Assembly: GCA_031272445.1 (NCBI GenBank)
Contig: JAISTT010000013.1
Span: 25,875 to 89,874 of the forward strand
Origin: Candidatus Endomicrobiellum mastotermitis
GTDB taxonomy: Bacteria > Elusimicrobiota > Endomicrobiia > Endomicrobiales > Endomicrobiaceae
Length of the DNA stretch: 64,000 nt
Direction of reading: 5' to 3'
Shown: positions 1 through 9,910 of the stretch, in pieces
Layout: each line of letters opens with the position of its first letter
Position numbering within the stretch: position 1 is the first letter of the stretch
Program-made: the position numbers and the translations under genes
Notes under the pieces: generated by a model
Seen by the model: the letters and a program-made list of their open reading frames with translations, nothing else
What the model was told of the DNA's origin: nothing
The model's database searches: none

Positions 1-47
1 TTTATTACTTAAGGCTTTAGTAGGATTTGATGAAGTCAGGAGATTAG

Positions 48-1334
48 ATGAAAATATTAGTTATAGGAGCTGGTGGAAGAGAGCATGCAATATGTCAACA
101 ATTTTTAAAAAGCCCTAAAGTTAATGAGCTGTATTGTGCTCCGGGCAATGGTGGTATATCTCAAATTGCTACAAATGTGAATATTTCAGTTAATGAAGTA
201 AATGATTTTAGTAAACTCGTTGATTTTGCTAAGGAGAATGGAATAGACTTTACATTTGTAGGACCTGAAATTCCTTTATCTTTGGGAATAGTTGATTATT
301 TTGAAGCTAATGATTTGAAAATAATTGGTCCACCAAAGGATGGAGCTAGACTTGAGTCAAGTAAGGTATACTCAAAAGGATTTATGAGAAAGTATGATAT
401 ACCTACAGCTGAGTACAGCCATTTTTCTGATATTAACGATGCTTTAAGATTTTTAGATAAGTGTAAGAAAGATCAAAAAATTGTGGTTAAAGCTGATGGA
501 CTTGCTGCAGGGAAAGGTGTTTATGTTTGCAGTGGTAGAGAGAAAGCTAAAAATGCTGTTAGTCAAATTATGAATTATAAAATTTTGGATCCTGCGGCTG
601 GTAAAAGTATAATTATAGAGGAATATATAGATGGGCCTGAGTTATCGTATTTAATATTTACAGATGGTATATCTTATTCAATAATGCCAGCTTCGCAAGA
701 TCATAAAAGAATAAATGATAATGATCAAGGACCTAACACCGGTGGTATGGGTGCTTATGCTCCTGCGCCGTTAGCAATAGCTGATGACTTAAATAAAAAA
801 ACTGAGACTATAATTCGTAAAATTATTAATGGTATAAAAGCTGAGAAGATCAATTATAAAGGTATTTTATATGTAGGTTTAATTGTTAAGGATTCCTGTC
901 CCTATGTCTTGGAGTTTAACTGTCGCTTGGGAGATCCAGAGACACAGGCAGTGTTGCCTTTACTTGATACTGATTTAACTGATGTTTGCGTTGCAATTTT
1001 AAATAAAGAGCTTGGAACATTGAAGATTGACTGGAGAAAAAAATTTTCAGTGTCAGTTGTACTTGCTTCAAGTGGGTATCCAGAAGAGTTTGAGACAGGG
1101 TTTGAGATTAGTGGATTGGAAAATATTAATGACGAGGATACCATAGTATTTCATGCTGGGACGAAATTTGAATCTGGAAAATTCTTTACTTGCGGTGGTA
1201 GAGTTTTAAGTATTACTTCAATGGCTGATAACGTAAAATCTGCGATAGATAAAGTTTATTCAAATGTTAGAAGTGTATATTTTAAAAATATGCATTATCG
1301 AAGAGATATAGCTTGGAGGGCCCTAAATGAGTAG
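48..1334 (+). CDS. purD: Phosphoribosylamine-glycine ligase
   Basis: MKILVIGAGGREHA N-terminus, KADGLAAGKGV, QDHKR..GPNTGGMGAY, EFNCRLGDPETQ. Confidence 0.97.
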   Translation: MKILVIGAGGREHAICQQFLKSPKVNELYCAPGNGGISQIATNVNISVNEVNDFSKLVDFAKENGIDFTFVGPEIPLSLGIVDYFEANDLKIIGPPKDGARLESSKVYSKGFMRKYDIPTAEYSHFSDINDALRFLDKCKKDQKIVVKADGLAAGKGVYVCSGREKAKNAVSQIMNYKILDPAAGKSIIIEEYIDGPELSYLIFTDGISYSIMPASQDHKRINDNDQGPNTGGMGAYAPAPLAIADDLNKKTETIIRKIINGIKAEKINYKGILYVGLIVKDSCPYVLEFNCRLGDPETQAVLPLLDTDLTDVCVAILNKELGTLKIDWRKKFSVSVVLASSGYPEEFETGFEISGLENINDEDTIVFHAGTKFESGKFFTCGGRVLSITSMADNVKSAIDKVYSNVRSVYFKNMHYRRDIAWRALNE

Positions 1335-1866
1335 TACTAATGATGTAGATATAGCTATTATTGTAGGTTCTAAGTCGGATTTATTGTTGGTAAAAGAATC
1401 TGTTGAAGTTTTAGAAAAGTTTGGAATATCATATACTTTAAATATTGCTTCGGCTCACAGGACTACAAAACATTTGAAACAGTGCATTAGAGATGCAGAA
1501 AGTTCAAATGTAAAGGTTTTTATAGCTGTTGCTGGAATGGCTGCTGCACTTCCTGGTGTTGTGGCTTCCGAGACTGTTCTTCCTGTAATAGGCGTTCCTG
1601 TTGATAGTAAAAGTTTTTCTGGCCTAGATGCTTTATTTTCAATAGTTCAAATGCCTAAAGGTGTGCCTGTTGCAACTGTTGCTGTAGGAAAAAATGGAGC
1701 TATAAATGCTGCAATTTTAGCTATTCAAATAATAGGTGTCGCTGATAAAAGTTTAAATGAGAAGCTTAAAACATACAAAAATAAAATGTCGGAAGATATT
1801 ATAAGAGATAATTTTGAACTTCAAAAGAATGGAATAGAAAAATATCTTGAAGAATTAAGAAGGTAG
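1327..1866 (+). CDS. purE: N5-CAIR mutase / AIR carboxylase
   Basis: GSKSD, SAHRT, AALPGVVAS, PVIGVP, SIVQMPKGVPVATV. Confidence 0.96.
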   Translation: MSSTNDVDIAIIVGSKSDLLLVKESVEVLEKFGISYTLNIASAHRTTKHLKQCIRDAESSNVKVFIAVAGMAAALPGVVASETVLPVIGVPVDSKSFSGLDALFSIVQMPKGVPVATVAVGKNGAINAAILAIQIIGVADKSLNEKLKTYKNKMSEDIIRDNFELQKNGIEKYLEELRR

Positions 1867-2045
1867 TTTTTATTTTTTTACATTGTAAAAAATGTTTAGA
1901 GAGTAATGTTACTATTTTATGATTTATTTGGTTATGTGATATGAATTTTTTGTGTATAAATAAATTTATATGAAGTTAGAATAGCAGAAAGAGGATGAAG
2001 AATTGTATTATGTATAAATATATAAATATTGTGGAATAATAATAA

Positions 2046-2984
2046 ATGTCTCTAAAATTCAAAGATTTACTTGGTCTTGAACATCTAGATAAAAAAAACT
2101 TGCAAGAAATTTTAAATTTTGTAAAAACTTTTAAGGGTCTTTTTAAAAAATCTGATAAAGCTTCGGTACTTCGTGGTAAGACAGTAGTAACACTTTTTTA
2201 TGAACCTTCTACGCGCACAAGAACTTCGTTCGAAATTGCTGCTAAGAGACTTTCTGCAGATGTGATAAATATCAGTGTGAACAGTTCAAGTATCGTCAAA
2301 GGTGAAAGTCTTATAGATACTGGTAAAACTCTTGAAGCTATGGGTGCGGATTATATAATTATAAGGCATGTGTCAGCAGGAACGCCTGATATACTTGCGA
2401 AGAATCTAGGCATATCTATAATAAATGCTGGTGATGGTTTTCATGAGCATCCTACGCAAGGGCTTCTTGATTTGTACACTATATATGAAAGAAAGAAAAG
2501 AATTGAGGGATTGAAAGTGTTACTTATTGGTGATATTTTACATTCAAGAGTAGCAAAATCTAACATATGGGCGCTGACAAAAATGGGTGCAGAAGTTTTG
2601 GTTTCAGGTCCATCGACTTTAATCCCTAGGAGTATTGAAAATTTGGATGTTAAAGTATACTATAACTTAGACGAAGCTGTTAGAGAAGCTGATGTTCTAA
2701 ATGTTTTAAGAGTACAGTTTGAACGTCAGCAAGAGAACTTGTTTCCGTCAATTCGTGAGTATGTTAGTCTTTATCAATTAACGAAAGAGAAGCTGGCTAT
2801 GGCAAAATCTGAAGTTTTAATTATGCATCCTGGACCAATGAATAGAGGTATTGAAATAACTTCTGAAGTTGCTGATACTCCTAATGCCGCGATTAATGAG
2901 CAGATTGTCAATGGAATAGCGGTTAGGATGGCAGTTTTATATCTTTTGGGGGCTGTAAAGAGGGGAAATGCGTCTTCAAATTAA
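2046..2984 (+). CDS. pyrB: Aspartate carbamoyltransferase catalytic subunit
   Basis: FYEPSTRTRTSFE, HEHPTQGLLD, MHPGPMNRG. Confidence 0.97.
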   Translation: MSLKFKDLLGLEHLDKKNLQEILNFVKTFKGLFKKSDKASVLRGKTVVTLFYEPSTRTRTSFEIAAKRLSADVINISVNSSSIVKGESLIDTGKTLEAMGADYIIIRHVSAGTPDILAKNLGISIINAGDGFHEHPTQGLLDLYTIYERKKRIEGLKVLLIGDILHSRVAKSNIWALTKMGAEVLVSGPSTLIPRSIENLDVKVYYNLDEAVREADVLNVLRVQFERQQENLFPSIREYVSLYQLTKEKLAMAKSEVLIMHPGPMNRGIEITSEVADTPNAAINEQIVNGIAVRMAVLYLLGAVKRGNASSN

Positions 2985-4254
2985 AAATATTAAAATAGTC
3001 GATCCTTCTTCACAAAATGAAGGTTTAATTGGTGATATTTTTATTGAGGACGGGAAAATTGTATCAAAATTTTCAAGTAATGCTGATAGAATTATTGATG
3101 GTGAAGGGAAAATTGCTATTCCTGGCCTTATTGATATTCATGCTCATCTAAGGGAGCCAGGTCAAGAAATGAAAGAAACTATTTACACGGGGACACGTTC
3201 TGCTGCAAAGGGTGGAATAACTACTGTTTTTTGTATGCCAAATACAGAACCTGTTATTGATAATACTTCGGTAGTTGAATTTATATTTCATAAAGTGCGT
3301 GAAGAAGGATGCGTGAATGTTTTTCCTGTAGGATGTGCAACTAAGGGAGCAAAGGGTGTTGAGCTTTCAGAAATGGGACTTCTTAAAAAGGCAGGAATTG
3401 TTGCAGTAAGTGACGATGGTCTTCCTATATCAAATTCACGAATTATGCGGCGTGTTTTGGAATATTCTAAAATGTTTAAACTTCCAGTTATTTCTCATAG
3501 CGAGGACAAAGAATTGAGTAGAAATGGTGTTATGAATGAAGGAAAAAACTCTACATTTTTAGGTTTACGAGGGATTCCGAAAGAAGCTGAAGAAATTATG
3601 ATAAGTCGTGATATAATGTTAGCAGATCTCACGGGTGCTTATTTGCATATTGCTCATGTTTCCACTGCAGGTTCTGTTGATTTAATAAGGCAAGCGAAGA
3701 AAAGAAATGTAAAAGTTACTGCCGAAACTTGTCCTCATTATTTTACTTTAACAGATAATGACGTGAAAGTTTATGACGCGAATACTAAAATAAATCCTCC
3801 TTTAAGAGAAAAAAAAGATGTTGATGCAATAAAACAGGGACTTATAGATGGAACAATAGATTGTATAGCGACAGATCATGCTCCACATACTCAAGAAGAA
3901 AAAAGCAAGGAATTTGATTTGGCTCCTTTTGGAATTATAGGGTTTGAGACATTATTGAGTCTTGTTTTAAATGAACTTGTTGATACTGGCGTTTTAAGTT
4001 TTTATGAAGCTATATCAAAAATGACTTCCAACCCTGCAAAGATTTTTAATCTTGAAGGAAGAGGTACTCTTAAAGAGGGAAATGTTGCTGATGTTACAAT
4101 AATCGATATAAAATATTTCTATGAATTTGTAAAGGAAAAAGTAGTTTCTAAAAGCAAAAACTCGCCTTTTATAGGGAGACGATTTAAAGGTGGAGTAGTT
4201 ATGACAATTGTGGGAGGGAATATAGTTTGGGATTTAAATAATAAGTTTGTGTGA
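2968..4254 (+). CDS. pyrC: Dihydroorotase (long type)
   Basis: DIHAHLREPG, HIAHVST, TDHAPH metal ligands intact; overlaps pyrB end. Confidence 0.96.
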   Translation: MRLQIKNIKIVDPSSQNEGLIGDIFIEDGKIVSKFSSNADRIIDGEGKIAIPGLIDIHAHLREPGQEMKETIYTGTRSAAKGGITTVFCMPNTEPVIDNTSVVEFIFHKVREEGCVNVFPVGCATKGAKGVELSEMGLLKKAGIVAVSDDGLPISNSRIMRRVLEYSKMFKLPVISHSEDKELSRNGVMNEGKNSTFLGLRGIPKEAEEIMISRDIMLADLTGAYLHIAHVSTAGSVDLIRQAKKRNVKVTAETCPHYFTLTDNDVKVYDANTKINPPLREKKDVDAIKQGLIDGTIDCIATDHAPHTQEEKSKEFDLAPFGIIGFETLLSLVLNELVDTGVLSFYEAISKMTSNPAKIFNLEGRGTLKEGNVADVTIIDIKYFYEFVKEKVVSKSKNSPFIGRRFKGGVVMTIVGGNIVWDLNNKFV

Positions 4255-4297
4255 AAAGTAAAAATTGTTATTGTGATTCCTATATTTGTTTATATGT

Positions 4298-5086
4298 ATG
4301 CGTCAAAGGTTTGATGAAGATTATGAAATAATTTATAATAGAAGGGTCCAGTCTCACTATTTTGAGTTAAAAATTAAAGTGGGAGATGTTTATAAGTATT
4401 GTTTTCCAGGACAGTTTTTTATGATTAGTGTTCCAGGTGTCTTTTTGCGTCGTCCTTTTGGAATTTGTGACGCTAATGATAAAGAAAAAAGTGTGAGTTT
4501 TTTATATAAAATTGTTGGTAAGGGTACAGAGATTTTAGCAAATATTAAGTCTGGGGCACTTAAGCTTTTAGGTCCGCTTGGTAAAGGTTATGACTTGGAA
4601 TCCAGTACTGCCTTAAATAGCGATGCATATACATATGTCGGTCCTGGCAATAATGTTATTGTAGCGGGAGGGACGGGCATTGCTTCGGTTCACTTTCTTG
4701 CCTCAAGACTTAAGAAGAAAGGTATTTTGTATTATGGAGCAAGGTCAAAGTCTGATTTATTGCATTTAGCCAATTTTCGGGGATTGGGGTGGAGGATTAT
4801 TTTGTCTACAGAAGACGGGTCAGAAGGCTACAAAGGCTATATTACGGATATATTATCAGAGCAATTGGAGAGTAGAGATACTATCTTTACTTGTGGACCT
4901 GTGCCAATGCTTAAGGAAGTTTTTAAGATTGCTAAAGGAAGAAATGTACTTGGTTTTGCTTCTCTTGAAGAGAAGATGGCATGTGGATTAGGTAACTGCC
5001 AAGGTTGTGCTGTAAAAATAAGAGGGCAAAGCAAAATGGTTTGTAAAGATGGCCCTGTTTTTAAAATTGAAGATGTTGAGCTGTAA
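4298..5086 (+). CDS. pyrK: Dihydroorotate dehydrogenase B electron transfer subunit
   Basis: PGQF, LRRPF, GPLGKG, AGGTGIA, CGP, EEKMACGLGNCQGC..C [2Fe-2S]; ATG 4298 preferred over TTG 4286. Confidence 0.93.
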   Translation: MRQRFDEDYEIIYNRRVQSHYFELKIKVGDVYKYCFPGQFFMISVPGVFLRRPFGICDANDKEKSVSFLYKIVGKGTEILANIKSGALKLLGPLGKGYDLESSTALNSDAYTYVGPGNNVIVAGGTGIASVHFLASRLKKKGILYYGARSKSDLLHLANFRGLGWRIILSTEDGSEGYKGYITDILSEQLESRDTIFTCGPVPMLKEVFKIAKGRNVLGFASLEEKMACGLGNCQGCAVKIRGQSKMVCKDGPVFKIEDVEL

Positions 5087-5816
5087 TGTGGTATATTGTA
5101 AATGGGAAGAAGGAAAATATTTGAAATAATATAAGTAAAATCTGTTATTTGGAAATACAATCAAAATATAATACTTATGATATAACTAAAATAGAAGTTA
5201 AGTTCATCCAAACTATCTGAAAGTATTGTTGAAAAAGATTATTTTATAGTTCATTTTAAAAAGATTGCAAACATAAGTTTGTTTAGGTAATACTTTAATA
5301 TATAGAGAAAATGAGATTGTAAAATGACCGTATAAGTCAAGTATTTTAAAGACTTTTTTGTATCAGAGACTGGTACTTTGTCTTTTTTGTAATAAAGTAT
5401 TTTACAAGATTTTCTTTATAAAGATTTACGCAATAGTGGAAAAAAGAGAGATACTTTCTTTCAGTTATTATGTTTATAAAGAAAAGTTTTAATTTAATAA
5501 TTTGGAAAGCGAAAATAATTCTTATGTATTTGAAGATTATTTGGATATGACAAGATAAGTATAAGGTTGTGTAAAAAAAAGAATATTGATTGAAGAGTTG
5601 AGGGGATAAGTTTATTTTATGTGAGAAATTGTAAAGAAATTTTGTATCAAGTGAATTTTGCATAAATCTTATTATGAAATTATGATCGATAGAGTAAGTG
5701 GTAATTATGTAATTAAAGAAAATCATGAATTGGCTTTGAAAAAAAAACAACATACTCTAATTTGTTTTTAGATTGAAATGAGAAATATATAGTAAAAGTA
5801 TTATAAAGGATATATT

Positions 5817-5848
5817 GTAGTTTATTATTATAGTAGTTTATTATTATA
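5817..5848. repeat. Perfect 16-bp tandem duplication (GTAGTTTATTATTATA x2)
   Basis: Read directly at 5817-5832 and 5833-5848. Confidence 0.85.
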
Positions 5849-5875
5849 GATAAAGGAAGGTACAAGTTGATATAG

Positions 5876-6793
5876 ATGGAGACCAGTTTAAATATAAATT
5901 TTGCCGGAATTGAGCTAAAAAACCCCGTGCTTACGGCATCTGGAACTTTTGGCTATGGTTACGAGCTTTCAGATTTAATTCCTTTGAGCGAACTTGGAGG
6001 TATTGTGACGAAAACAATCACTTTGGAGCCGCAAGAGGGGAATTTACAACCTAGAATTGCAGAAGTCGAATCTGGAATATTAAATACAATAGGTTTGCAA
6101 AACATTGGAGTTAAAGCTTTTATTAAAGGACCTCTTAAGAGATTAAGTAAAATTGGTATACCTGTAATTGTAAGTATTGCTGGTGCAAGAGTAAGTGAAT
6201 ATATTAAAATTGCAAAGATATTGAGTATGCAGAATGGTGTATCTGCTATAGAACTTAATTTATCTTGTCCTAATTTGAAAAAAAAAATAATTTGTCACGA
6301 TTTATGTTTGGTTAGTGAAATAGTAAGAGGAGTGAAAGATATATCAAAAGTACCAGTTATTGCGAAGCTTTCCCCATTAGTTACTGATATTGTTGAAATT
6401 GCGATGGCGGCACAGAATTCTGGAGTTGATGGAGTAACACTAGCAAATACTTATCCAGCTATGGCCATAGATGTTGAGACGTTTAAGTCTAAACTTTCCA
6501 CGGTTAAAGGAGGTATTTCAGGTTCTTGTATAAAGCCCATGTCAGTGCGTTGTGTGTATGACGCTTATCAGAGTATAAAAGTTCCAATTATTGGATGTGG
6601 TGGAATAATGACTGGTGAGGATGCTGTTGAATTTATTCTAGCTGGAGCGACAGTTGTCAGTGTTGGAAGTTCAAGTTTAATCTCTCCTAAGAATTTGGTA
6701 AAGATTATTTGTGGAATTGAAAATATATTGAAAAGAAAAAATGTAAACTCAGTAAAAGATATAATTGGTATTGTCAATAGAAGTTTAGTATAA
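5876..6793 (+). CDS. pyrD: Dihydroorotate dehydrogenase family 1B catalytic subunit
   Basis: NPVLTASGTFGYG, ELNLSCPN, KLSP, GCGGI. Confidence 0.96.
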   Translation: METSLNINFAGIELKNPVLTASGTFGYGYELSDLIPLSELGGIVTKTITLEPQEGNLQPRIAEVESGILNTIGLQNIGVKAFIKGPLKRLSKIGIPVIVSIAGARVSEYIKIAKILSMQNGVSAIELNLSCPNLKKKIICHDLCLVSEIVRGVKDISKVPVIAKLSPLVTDIVEIAMAAQNSGVDGVTLANTYPAMAIDVETFKSKLSTVKGGISGSCIKPMSVRCVYDAYQSIKVPIIGCGGIMTGEDAVEFILAGATVVSVGSSSLISPKNLVKIICGIENILKRKNVNSVKDIIGIVNRSLV

Positions 6794-6850
6794 ACTCTTA
6801 AAATAAAACTTATTTTGCCATTTAACAAATATATGTTGAAAAGGGAAAGA

Positions 6851-7510
6851 ATGAAAAGAATAATACTTGCTCTTGATGTTTATGATTTTTATTTTGGTAG
6901 AATTGAAAAACTTGTACAAGAAACTGCTCCTTATATCGATGTTTATAAAGTTGGTCCTATATTATTTTTGCGATATGGTGAAAAAATAATGAGAATTATA
7001 AAAGATAATGGAAAGGAAATATTTTTAGATTTAAAGTTTCATGATATACCTGCTACTGTGAAACTTTCCATTGAATCTGCTAAAGAATTAGGAGTTTTTA
7101 GCTTAACTGTTCATTCTATTGGCGGAGAAGACATGCTTATGGCTGCCACATCTGTAAAAAATAGACCAAAAATATGGGCAGTAACAGTTTTGACAAGTCA
7201 GGTAACGACTAAAGAGGAAGTTATAAAGAGAGCAAAACTTGCAAAGGTTTGCGGAGTGGACGGTGTAATATCATCGCCTCTTGAAACAGCTTTAATAAAA
7301 AAGGAGTGTGGTAAAGAATTTGATGTTGTAACTCCTGGGATTAGACTGGAAAAAATTAATGATGATCAAAAAAGAGTGGCGACTCCAGAAGTTGCGATTA
7401 AGGAAGGAGCGGATTTTATAGTTATTGGCAGACCTGTGTTGAATGCTATAAATCCTATTGAGACTTTAAAAGATATTTGTAATAGAGTAGAGGATAATTT
7501 AAGAAGATAG
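6851..7510 (+). CDS. pyrF: Orotidine-5'-phosphate decarboxylase
   Basis: IILALD, KVG, FLDLKFHDIPATV, VTPGIR, DDQKR, VIGRP; ATG 6851 preferred over TTG 6815. Confidence 0.96.
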   Translation: MKRIILALDVYDFYFGRIEKLVQETAPYIDVYKVGPILFLRYGEKIMRIIKDNGKEIFLDLKFHDIPATVKLSIESAKELGVFSLTVHSIGGEDMLMAATSVKNRPKIWAVTVLTSQVTTKEEVIKRAKLAKVCGVDGVISSPLETALIKKECGKEFDVVTPGIRLEKINDDQKRVATPEVAIKEGADFIVIGRPVLNAINPIETLKDICNRVEDNLRR

Positions 7511-7528
7511 TAAGGGTGGTGAAACAAA

Positions 7529-8818
7529 ATGAATATTATGAAAGATAAGAATAACGCTTTTTTGTTTGATGGATTAAAACTTGGACTTATGTTGCAGGCC
7601 GGTGGTATTGGTCCTATTTGCACGTTAGTCTTTACTTTGTCGTTGTCTGTACCAGTTACAGAGATGCTTATAGGTATTTTGGGATTATCAATAGTTGATT
7701 TAACATATGTTAGCTTAGCCGTTTTTTCAATATCTGCTCTTGTCAAAAAAATACAACGCTATCAACGTGTTTTTGATATTATTATTGGCATTGTGTTAGT
7801 CTCATTTGGAGTATTTTTTATAGTGAGTAGTATATTGTTTTTAAAAACATTTTTAACAACTGGACAAATAGTGCATGATTTTATTAATCCGGGGAGAATC
7901 AAAGGTAAAGCTTTATTTTTTGGCTTAATGGGATTGGACATGGCAAATCCTATTACTGTTTTATTTATTATGGGGATATTTTCACTTGAGGTAAGTAAAC
8001 GCGATATGAAATTTAAAGAAACAAGTATCTTTGCAGCCGGTTTTATGTTGGCAACTCCAGTGTTTATGTCCTTTATAATTTTAGTTGGTCATTTTATAGG
8101 TGCATTTTTACCTGTTTGGGCTGTAAAGATGCTTAATATTATTGTAGGCCTTGTTTTAGGATATTGGGGAGTAAAGAATATATTTTTTAAAGAGTCAGGC
8201 TCAAATGAGAAAAAGATAAAAGAGATAGAGGAAGGAGGTCTTATTGAACTTAAGGAATTGTTCAAAAGAAACAAAGCTCTTTTAAGTGGTCACTTCAAAC
8301 TTGCAAGTGGACTTCATTCGGATACATATTTTCAATCAGCCTTGATTTTGCAAAATCCTAGAGAAACTGCAAGACTAGCAAAAGAACTTGCTAACAAAAT
8401 CAAAGGAAATAATATAAAAGTTGATGTTATTGTCTCTCCTGCTATTGGTGGCATTATTATCGGGTACGAAGTTGGAAGGGCTTTAGATGTTCGCTCGGTA
8501 TTTACTGAAAGGGTTGATGGTAAAGTTTGTTTGAGAAGAGGTTTTTCTGTAGATAAGGATGAAAAAGTTTTAGTAATTGAGGATGTTATAACAACAGGAT
8601 TGTCCAGTACAGAAGTCATAAATTCTATTAAATCTATGGGTGCTGTAGTAGTTGCTGTAGGTTCTCTTGTTGATAGAAGTTCTGGAAAAGTTGAATTTGG
8701 AGTTCCAAAATTTTCTATTTTAACTCTTGAAGTTAAAAACTATGAAAAATATGATTGTCCCATGTGTAAGTCAGGAAGTATAGCTATAAAGCCTGGTAGC
8801 AGGGAACAATATAAATAA
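7529..8818 (+). CDS. pyrE: Fusion: N-terminal LysE/RhtB-family translocator-like membrane domain + C-terminal orotate phosphoribosyltransferase
   Basis: aa ~1-222 hydrophobic with LysE-type GIGP, D..Y, NP motifs; aa ~239-429 GHFKLASGLHSDTYFQ and PRPP loop VLVIEDVITTGLS; single uninterrupted ORF after pyrF. Confidence 0.88.
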   Translation: MNIMKDKNNAFLFDGLKLGLMLQAGGIGPICTLVFTLSLSVPVTEMLIGILGLSIVDLTYVSLAVFSISALVKKIQRYQRVFDIIIGIVLVSFGVFFIVSSILFLKTFLTTGQIVHDFINPGRIKGKALFFGLMGLDMANPITVLFIMGIFSLEVSKRDMKFKETSIFAAGFMLATPVFMSFIILVGHFIGAFLPVWAVKMLNIIVGLVLGYWGVKNIFFKESGSNEKKIKEIEEGGLIELKELFKRNKALLSGHFKLASGLHSDTYFQSALILQNPRETARLAKELANKIKGNNIKVDVIVSPAIGGIIIGYEVGRALDVRSVFTERVDGKVCLRRGFSVDKDEKVLVIEDVITTGLSSTEVINSIKSMGAVVVAVGSLVDRSSGKVEFGVPKFSILTLEVKNYEKYDCPMCKSGSIAIKPGSREQYK

Positions 8819-8938
8819 TAAATGCTGTATGTATTAGAGATTTTTTGAAGTTTCAAAACAGAATTTAGGTAGTGATTAATATTTTTTTAAGATAGAAATT
8901 GTAGTTTTATATGAATTTATTATAGGAGATAAATTGAT

Positions 8939-9910
8939 ATGCCTATTACTACGTATGAAGAAGCAGGTGTAAACATTAATGCTGGGAATGAACTTGTAAA
9001 GCGACTTAAAAAGAAGTTTCCCAAAATTGGTGGTTTCGGAGGATTGTTTCCTATTGTAGGAACAAAATATAATCTTGTGAGCTCAACTGATGGTGTAGGT
9101 ACAAAATTAAAACTTGCATTTAAATTGAATAAGCATAATAGTGTTGGGATAGATTTGGTTGCGATGAATGTCAACGATATAATATGTGTTGGAGCGAAAC
9201 CTCTTTTCTTTTTAGATTACTTTGCTTGTGGAAAGCTAGATGTGAAACAGGCGGAGCAAGTTGTTGAGAGCATAGCTAAGGGGTGTGAATTGTCAGGTTC
9301 ACGACTTATTGGTGGAGAGACTGCTGAAATGCCAGGATTTTATAAAGATGGAGAGTATGATTTGGCTGGTTTTTCTGTGGGTATAGTTGAAAAGGGAAAA
9401 GAAATTAGCGGAAGTAAAATAAAGCCAGGAAACGTTATAATAGGGTTGCCATCAAGTGGTCCTCATTCAAACGGTTATTCTCTTATAAGGAAAATTTTTT
9501 CAGATGACGAGTTGGAAAAATATTCAAAACAGCTTCTTATGCCTACAAAAATTTATGTCAAAGAGGTTCTTTCGGCTATTGCAAAATTTAACTCAAGTAA
9601 ACAAAATATAGTTGGGATTGCTCATATTACCGGTGGGAGTTTTTACGATAAAATAAGCAGAATTTTACCGCAAAAAAAAGATATTAGGGTTATTATTGAA
9701 AAGAAATCATGGAAAGTTCCTGAAATTTTTAAAATTATCCAAACTAAAGGCAATGTTCCTGAAACGGATATTTACAGAACTCTAAATATGGGAATAGGCA
9801 TGGTTTTGATAGTATGTTCTGAAGCTGTTTCAAAAATCGAAAAGTTTTTTAAAGGTGCTAAAGTGATAGGTCGCATTGAGAAAGGCAAAAGAGGCGTTGA
9901 ACTTATATAA
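8939..9910 (+). CDS. purM: AIR synthetase
   Basis: TYEEAGVNI, STDGVGTK, GGETAEMPG, SSGPHSNGYSL, AHITGG. Confidence 0.97.
   Translation: MPITTYEEAGVNINAGNELVKRLKKKFPKIGGFGGLFPIVGTKYNLVSSTDGVGTKLKLAFKLNKHNSVGIDLVAMNVNDIICVGAKPLFFLDYFACGKLDVKQAEQVVESIAKGCELSGSRLIGGETAEMPGFYKDGEYDLAGFSVGIVEKGKEISGSKIKPGNVIIGLPSSGPHSNGYSLIRKIFSDDELEKYSKQLLMPTKIYVKEVLSAIAKFNSSKQNIVGIAHITGGSFYDKISRILPQKKDIRVIIEKKSWKVPEIFKIIQTKGNVPETDIYRTLNMGIGMVLIVCSEAVSKIEKFFKGAKVIGRIEKGKRGVELI

Noticed and set aside
5346-5753. 135-aa minus-strand ORF in the pyrK-pyrD gap
   Set aside because: F/I/Y/N/K-rich composition typical of random AT-rich antisense sequence; no motif or SD.
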